Shown: positions 55,620-64,000 of the stretch, piece after piece | Layout of the letters: each line of letters begins with the position of its first letter | How positions within the stretch are numbered: position 1 is the stretch's first letter | Source of the DNA: the human T2T-CHM13v2.0 reference genome, Homo sapiens | DNA length: 64,000 bases | Strand: one strand, 5' to 3' | Assembly (NCBI RefSeq): GCF_009914755.1 | Contig: NC_060926.1 | Position numbers and translations under genes: made by a program | The notes under the pieces: generated by a model | The model's input: only the letters and a program-made list of their open reading frames with translations | What the model was told of the DNA's origin: nothing | Databases searched by the model: none

Positions 55620-58600
55620 CTCTAAAGCACTTGAAATGCTATTACACTAAATCTTTGTAAGAAAGCTACCCACTTTATAGATGAACTAAAGTCTCTATGA
55701 ATTTGAATGAGTTGCTAAGAGTTGCATTTCTTCATTCAGCTGAGATTTGGAGAAGGCATTATGTGTTTCCTGGTAATTTAGAGAGAAGGTGACATGAAAT
55801 CCCAGCCACAGTCTCCTAACATCCATGGGATTCTAAAAAGCCCATGGAATAATTCCCTTTAAATAGCAGCAGGTATTGGTGGCATCTGCATTTCTTGCTG
55901 TTTCACCATCTCCTCATCCTTTCTACTTCTCCAGATTGTTTGTCTTTTTGTGGTCTCCTCACTCTCTGGCTACATTTTTCCTGAGCAAGTACCCCACTCC
56001 CTCTTCTTGTTAGTCTATTACTTTCATGTCTGGCAGCCATAAGGGGTTCACTCACCATTATCTGCTTAGGATGTTGGAATTCAATATCCCATCAGTCCTG
56101 GGGGCTGGAGTATGTATGCGTATTATTATTTGATAGGTCCCAGCAGAACAGTCTTTCAGAGCAAGATGCACATCATCAGTGGTTTTGCTGATGGATGAGC
56201 TCACCTCCTTGACACAGATCTCATGATTCTTGGCATAAATCTCAACAGGAATTAGCTGCTTCTTCCACTGTGTTCCCATAGCATGTTGTCCCTGTGTTTC
56301 AGTACTGGTTTTAGTCTATTTCATATGCCACTTCTCTCCCTTTCATGACTGTTAGATGCTGGAGACTGAGCTATTTTTCAGTTTCCTCTGGATTCCTCCC
56401 TATGCCCATCATGTGCCATCTGCATTGTAGGCTTTCAGCAAAGCTGTGCCTGCCAGATCCTCTTATTTCTGGGTGCCAAAATACTCAGCATTACACTTCT
56501 ACCTCACAAAGATCTACCTGGCTTAAAATCATCACCCACCTGTGTGTGCCTTTGGAGCCTTCATTTCACCCCTGTCCTCACCCCTGACACCTGTAAGACA
56601 CTGAGTCTTACTGAGCCCACTTTCTCCATAGTCATACTCTATGCACACAGCCATCTTCCCCATTCCTCTCTCCCTCTCCCTTTCCCTTGCCCTGTTCTCA
56701 GCGTTATCATCCCCATCTCTCAAGAGTCCACTCAGACTTTCTAAGGTGATCATTTGTTCATCTGAGCACAGTAGGTCATGCTTCCTGCTACTCCTGGGAA
56801 TATAAGGTAAGAGACGTCATATAATCAGGTAAATAGTGAGGATTTCCAGTCTCTACATAAGGTATTTTCAACAGTAGTGTTGACTCACCTCAAATCACAC
56901 CACTTAGACAGCTATAAAGCCAGGCTTACCTGGAATTTTCTTTTTCTGACTCATGAAACTCTTGTCTCTGTCATATGTGTATTTTTACTTCTGAATTAAT
57001 ATAGCCATCCTGAATCCTAAATCCACGCGTGATTTCTGAGACCACTACTCTCACTGCTAATCTAGTTATGTAGGAATCCCTCCTAAATAAAAATTTTAAA
57101 AGATAAAACATACAACCAAAACACAAAGAGCCATATTGAGAACCATGCAAAGCACTTTAAAAGTGGTAAAAGATACTAGCTAGATAAATTCAAATCTCTA
57201 GATTACAAAAATGGAAATTCATAAATTAAAAAAATACCTCTAGATACCTTTATATTTGTTTCTTTATTCCATCTTGTGTGTTTATAGAAGAAACAATATT
57301 CAGGTACTTTTCATTTTACTGGGATGAGAAATGGAAATGCTAACTACAGTGCAGCTTCATGACTCAAAAGTCTGTAACTGGTATTAATGAACTTTTAAAA
57401 TGCTAATTTTAATGCTTACTCCAACAGAAAGATGCCTTAAAGCAAAACTTCACATTTCTTATCTGCTAAAAGCAATGTGTTTTGCATCCCTTACAAAATA
57501 AAATGGTTGAAATAAGGTTTTTAAAGGGCTTAAAGTTTCAAGGACTTCTCTTGTTCTTCTAGAGAAAAGAAATTTATAAAATCACATCCATTAATGGTCC
57601 CTCTGCTAGAAAACGAAAATACTCCCAAATATGTTCCACTCTAGGAAAATCAAAAATAACATGTAAACTACAAATATGTTAGCCAATTCAGAATATTTAT
57701 TAACTAAATAATTTAATAATAAAGAAAATGCCGACTTGATTAATTGTTACAGAGTAAAAATTACAATAAAACTGTCTTGATCAGTGCTTTGCAGAAGCGC
57801 CATTACTGTCTGTGCAGTTGTTTAACAAGGATTTAATTGGAAAGATAAGTGAATGCACATTTAAAAGTATTGTTAATTTGCTTTATAATCACCCCATCCT
57901 TCACAGTATTGACAGCACAAGGCACAAACCCCTTTCTGTTTTACAAGTATTATTTTCCATATGTGCACAATAAATTCTGAAGCAGTAATTGGAAATTTTA
58001 TGGGATCCAGTATACCTAGTATAGTGGGTTTGGAGGTGCACTCTTCCTTTACAAGAGGTAACCCAGTTCTAGTTGTTGGAAACGAGTGACAAATCTTTGA
58101 TGTATATATTTCCCCTATCCATGTTTGTTCAGGTTCATATTTGGTCCATTTCTAGAAAAGGTTGCCTCTCTTATATTTTATGTCTAATAAAATCAAGATT
58201 GAGAGGAGAAAAAAATATGAATTATTTTTAGTCTGTGACTATTTGTATTACTTTCTTGAAAATGTGCATTATCAGTGGAGGTTCTAACCAAGGATGGTTT
58301 CTAGACTGTAGCCAAACGAAATCACCTGTATCTGAAAATAGTGGTACCTGAACCTATTAAAGGAGACAAGAGAAGGGGCAAAGAACATCTATGATTGATC
58401 TCTACCTCTGCAGCCACACTGACACTCACTCACACACATCCCTTAGAGTTTGGAATCATCTCGTCAAAAATCTAATCAGTGTGGTTTGCAAAACAACATG
58501 AGTGTAATGCCTCAGATTTCTAAGAGGTGGCAACCTTGACTACCCAAGTTTCCAATATACAAAGCCCAAAGACCTTCCTTATTGTAGAAAGAGCCTAAAG

Positions 58601-58720
58601 CTACTTTGGAAGCAGGTCATTTGCTCATTTCAAATGGGTAGAGAATGTTAGAGTGCCTTGTTTATTGGCTGATTCTCAAGGAGCCACAGTCTTTAGGATT
58701 TATTTCAAAAGATAAAAGAG

Positions 58721-58767
58721 CCTAAAACTTAAAGTATAATAATAATAAAATTAAAAAATAATAATAA
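58721..58767 (+). mobile_element. Extremely 5'-truncated young L1PA (terminal ~20 nt plus A-tail)
   Basis: cctaaaacttaaagtataataataataaaa is the L1PA2-4/L1HS terminus. Approximate TSD aaaagataaaa / aaaagatgaaa. Confidence 0.65.
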
Positions 58768-61652
58768 AAAAGATGAAAATATGAGCGTCTTCTTGAAAAT
58801 GGGGAACTGTTCATTAAACCTATTTTGAAGGCAACAGTTGTTCGAATCCTCTCTATTGATAAAGGCTGCCCACTTGGTTATGACGAGCAGGGAGTGTCCC
58901 CAAAGTGTCTCATGCCAGTGGCAGTAAAAGCATGAAAAAATATAGGGAACATGCTAAATAGCCTCTTGGCCATGCCCCCATTAGCTAGAATTGGTAGAAA
59001 TATCTTTAGGTTTGGTTAACTATAGATTTATTTTTTTCCTGTAGACAGCAAACACTTCAACTATAAAAGCTTAGAAATGTCTTCTGAGGAAAATTTTCGT
59101 TAGAATCCTTTGCAGTGTAAACCTCTTTGCCCTCTGGATAAAATGTGTTACCTTACGTATTGTCATGGGAACAATTATTTTTATCTTTAGTTTGGCTATG
59201 CCTCTAAATCTCTAAACTTCTCACATTTACATTAGTTTTTTATGCTTACAGAGTAAAATAGATACACATATTGAGTTTCACATGTCTAGAGATTTTCCAA
59301 TACATGCTAATATCCGATCACTAATACCAACTCGCAAATCACATAAATCTATTTCTTCATTCTGACATGTATATATATTTCTCTAGTGAAAATTCTTACC
59401 TTGCTGAGTTTCACTCTCCCTATATGTGTAAGTACTTGTGTGTTGTAAAAACTGTGCGCAGACACACATATGTGTACACTTTAAAGATTACTTTTACTAC
59501 TTTTTCAAATTTCTCCATTGGAGGCATGGATTTTAAAACTGTCTATCTCTGGTGAAAATGTCTTTGGGACCAAGACCTTTATATGCCCCATTTCAACTAG
59601 ACAGAGCTGAGACTGGTGCAATAATGAAACGTCCAGCTGTCCTTTAATTAACTAAAATGAGGAAAATGTAATGTTTTGATGAGAGAACCAGGATTCTGTG
59701 AGGGATAAGGGGAAGACTATATGTTTCTGCGCCTTCCTGCATATGACACAGCCATGGGGTGCAGGAAAGAGAGGAGGCATTTTTATGCCCCAGTAGGGGG
59801 AGCTTTCTTTTCCCTACTGTAAGGACAGCATGGTGCATGTGTTTAAATACACCATCCTAAAATGCAGACTTTTCATTTTCATTTTGCAAGTGGGAAATTT
59901 CACTATGTGATGGGCACATTACTCTTCTTAGCGACACATTTTGTGCAAACTCATTTGGGAAAGAATAGGAAATTTAAAATACTGCCTTCATATTTCTTCT
60001 GGAAATGTTAGCCTGAATCCATTATTTCCAAACCTGATGAGGATTACAGTTCATTTGTATTTCACAGCAACCCATATTGTATTCTGTTTTGTGAAGTAAA
60101 TAAGAGATGATACCGTTCTAATAGTGCCTGTATTTTGCTTTCCATGTTAATAGTCTTATTCTGGGGGCAAAAGGGAAGGAAAAAGGCAGAGAGTGGAATA
60201 CTCAATTTAGCCTTCTCTAGATGGAAGGAATGTGTTATTCTGACAAAGAAGTGCCCTGAATTATTTTATAAATAATCTAAACCGGAGGAGGTGGAACACA
60301 AACTCACTTAGGTCACTGAGTATATCCATATTCAAATGATATTATAAAAAGCACTGTTCATTAACACCCAAATCTCTATCTCTTATTTAACTACGTTTAA
60401 AATACTCATGGACTAACCTGATTTGACAGCAGTGTAGGTGGATGCTTATGTGCCACTGAAGGGAATTCTTTACAAAATAATTTCCCACCAGCATTTCACT
60501 GTGCCTGAGATGCCACAATTTGAAAATCAATTCATTGGCTGAGGCAGGAAAGACAAATAATTTCACCTCTTATACTAAATACAGTTGTTTCTTGGTGACT
60601 GACCAGATGGTTGTGTTAAGAAGGATACTGAAACATTGTCCTAAATAAGTGGGAAAGAGTTCTGTGATCCATCCATAATGGATCACATTAATAATGTATG
60701 GCACAGATATTATTTAAAAAGAAAAAACCAAGTGCCTGAATATGCACACCATGCACTTTATGTTTCCGGTTTAAGATATTGGATTAAGAAAAAATTGACT
60801 GTTATACAAATAACATCTGAGTCTTACACTCTATCGACGTAATCATGAACACAAATCTTTTAATCTGGTAGGACATCATATAACCTAGCATACCTTTAAT
60901 GGAATACAGCAAAGAACAGGAAATATCAGAAGAATCAGAAGAAGGGAGGATTATATGATAAAGAAAAAAGAGCTCTGGGAGTTGAGTTAGATTAAAAAGT
61001 CACATTTTACTTAACAATTTTACCACCTCTTTTTCACCCACTGACTAAATTTCTTTCTGATATAAAGTATGACTAAACTATTTTGGTTGACTCTAGTTCA
61101 TAGATTGAGGTTATTTCTATTGGAATGAAAGGAAGTCCAAAGTAATCCTCCATTGAAGAAATGTCCCAGCCCAATTAATGATTTTAGCTGATGACCATAT
61201 AGACTATCTTTCTGTCTACAAAGCTGTCATCAAACTATAGCTAAAACTAATCCTCCTAATTGCAAATCACTTGAAAATAAAAGCAAATCACTTGAAAGAG
61301 AGAACATCTACAATGGAATGTATAAGTAAAGTCTTCCCACTTTACCTTCACTTACTTTGGGCTCAGGTTGGTGAGATTTATTTTCATTAAGACAAATTCT
61401 TAGGCCCTGAAAAAATAGATGAAACCTACCATCTGCACCACATTTCAATATTTGACTTAAGTCATCTGTTGACTTTGAACACACTCGTGTACCATTCCTC
61501 ATACGAGCTAAAATGTAATCCCCTTCACTGGGGACTGTAAAGAAATGTTGACTTTCGATTTCTTTACATATTTGATCTTTCAAGATATGAGAATGCTGCA
61601 GCTGGAAAACTCAGCACCATTAGGGAAACAAAGCAGAAAATAAAACATACAA

Positions 61653-62155
61653 GTGAATCAGTTAGGACTCTTCTGATTTTAAGGGACAAAAACCAAAGGA
61701 TTTTTTTCCTTTATGTAACTGGAAAAATCAGGAAATGATGCAGCTTCAAGCATAACTAAATTCTGAAGCTTAAACAGAATCGTAAGGCCTAACCTCTCTC
61801 GGTCTCTCAGCTCTGCTCTCCTCCCCATTAGCTTCATACTCAGGCTTTGCATGGTTGTAAAATGACCACCAGCAGTTCTGGATCAACATGATCCCTGCTT
61901 CTAGTCCCTCAGGAAGCTCCTTTCCCAAAGCACCTGACTATTATTAACCAAAATTGTGTCATTAACTCATCCCTGAATCACTCACTGTGGCTAAGGAAAT
62001 AGAATGGGCTGATTGGCTTAGAACAAGGTAACAAGCCCCCTACATGGAGGTAGAGGGAGATTCCCATCCAGAATTCAGGAACTGCAGTATAAGGAGGGGG
62101 ATACTCCCCAGAGGAAACCTGGTGCACTATGTTCAGAAATAAGATGCTCTCTACA
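61653..62155 (-). mobile_element. Old MLT1 (K/L-like) LTR
   Basis: tcagttaggactctt...tctcagctctgctctcctc...aaaatgaccaccagcagttc...catccctgaatcactcactgtggctaaggaaatagaatgggctgattggctta. Confidence 0.75.
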
Positions 62156-64000
62156 ACGAGTAAGTGAATTTTTACAGTTAAGACAAAAAATGCCAGACTG
62201 TACAGATAGAAGAGATGTCAAATGTCACTCAGGCAATTCTCTTACTTGCAAGCAGTCTTTGAACGTGCTTAAAACTCTTTAGATAAATTAATTTTGCAGA
62301 GTTTTGGGAACTTTTTAAAAATATTCAGTAATTGCTTTGGGAGCTGATGTACATAAACCTCACAGCAATTGATTGGTTCAGGAAAGGGGTAATCATGTCC
62401 AAGTTACGTTGGTTTGCTAGCTCAGGTATAAGTGTGGACCCTCATATGTCCTGAGTATTTCATTTATACATAATCTTTGAAATGTTTTAGGAGCAAAAAC
62501 CACATGCTTTCAAGGTCTTTTAGGCAACCAACATTGAAAAGAAAAAAAAACTATCATTAAAGCTAAGCACATGTTGTCATTCAAGTACCAAGATATTTAA
62601 TAGAAAATTACAACATGGAGTATGAAAGATGAGAGATTTAACTTTCAACAGGCAAAGGTAAATATTGAGAGGGCCAGAATAATGATGTGGAATTATGTAG
62701 ATGAAAATCTTGCCAAGACCTGATAGCAAATACAATCCAGCAAAGGGCCAGGGAGAGTAATGTTGAAATCTTTGATGACTCTAGGCCATCTAGAAAGCGC
62801 CAATGGCGCTCTATACATTTTAAAAAAAGGTGGGGGGGTAGTTTTTTGGTTGATAATTTTGGTCATTTTTAGTGGTATCCCTGTGCAGAAGAAGATGCTT
62901 TTATTCAATAAGAGAAAACTGTTTACTGTTTTTGTTGTATCAGGGACACATGACAAAGCATTCAAATATGCAAATAATTGCAAACTGATGTATCCAGCAG
63001 TTTAAAAATTGAATAAATAATTTAGTTTTTACGCATGGGCAACTCTTGCTAAAAAAACTACAAATCAGAACTCTTCTGTTTGAATCTATTTTATTTTGTT
63101 AATAGATGAGCTAATATGATAGGCATTTAATTGTATAATATATTATTAGCCATTTTCTTTGGCATACCATTAACTTTAAATAGTATTAATATTTAACATT
63201 TCATAATATACACTACAAAGTTCTTATTTTTTCCAGCTGAACAGAAAATGTACATTGATAGTAAATCTCTTTAAAGTGGGTTTTAAGATGCTAAGTATGC
63301 AAAACCTGTTCCATTTATACTGTTTGATCAGAAATACTCAAAATGCCACAGCATAATAAGGCAAATGCTGTAAGATGACAATGATGCCAAAACTGTATTA
63401 TGATTGTGTATTCAAATACAATGTATCGCATAATTAAGCATAATTATATAATTTGAATATTTAAGAGAGCATTTAAAATGTGATAGGAAGCATCTAAGTA
63501 CATCGACTTCTCAGGATGGTTAAATCAGAGAGTGTAAAGTTGCGATTAGTATTTGTTACTGAATGGAAAACTAATTCAAACACAAGTTTGCAAGGAGAAC
63601 ACTTGTAGCTGGCTCAAAATCATAGGCCCTAACTTTGTCTCATTACATTTGAATCTGTTTAAATTTGAGTACCATGTTTTTCTGTCCTTGCAAAACGTCA
63701 TTTAGTTAGTTGAGGTGGGGCTCAGAGTTTCTAGGATAGTTGTAGGATGCCTAGGATAAATGATGCTCTTTGTTCCGTGGATATCAATTGTGCCCTTCAT
63801 TCAGACCAGCATTCTCAGATAGGTGTGCCCACGACCGTGAGGGGAGCTCGTCCAAAAAGAATAAAGGGAGCAACTCAAATGCATCCCTGTTTCCAGGAAG
63901 ACTGCCCAGAGGCTATGCCCCACTTAGTATAAATCAGCCAGATCTTTTTGTCGAGGGAAGAATAGTGCTGATCATGCAACTTCCTAAGTAGAAGATGAAG

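Noticed and set aside
61262-61297. Micro-duplications (gcaaatcacttgaaa x2; similar at ~16541, ~19915, ~31510)
   Set aside because: Ordinary slippage duplications with no further structure.

Overview
Primate (almost certainly human or great-ape) genomic DNA. It is AT-rich, CpG-poor and repeat-rich, and lies inside the RhoGAP gene ARHGAP15 on the + strand. Only two coding exons are present: 3478-3576 (99 nt, DQIFGSHLHKVCERENSTVPWFVKQCIEAVEKR) and 40667-40744 (78 nt, GLDVDGIYRVSGNLATIQKLRFIVNQ, carrying the GAP arginine finger). They splice in frame across a ~37 kb intron. The rest is intronic. It holds a full-length but disabled antisense L1PA3/PA4 (20607-26746, 17-bp TSD) nested in an older L1MA, a 5'-truncated sense L1PA, five Alus, THE1D and MLT1 solo LTRs, MER30/MER3/MER1A DNA transposons, L2/MIR relics, an ancient CR1 reverse-transcriptase fossil and several tandem repeats. 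Nearly all ORFs in the supplied track are L1 fragments or chance ORFs. I see no firm evidence of a wholly new system. The best leads are hypotheses: (1) the L1 ORF0 splice donor is in frame with the arginine-finger exon; (2) a 105-nt candidate poison exon; (3) an indel-free CR1 RT fossil; (4) an inverted L1 pair bracketing the catalytic exon; (5) candidate conserved non-coding elements. Repeat subfamily calls come from remembered consensus sequences, not from a search.
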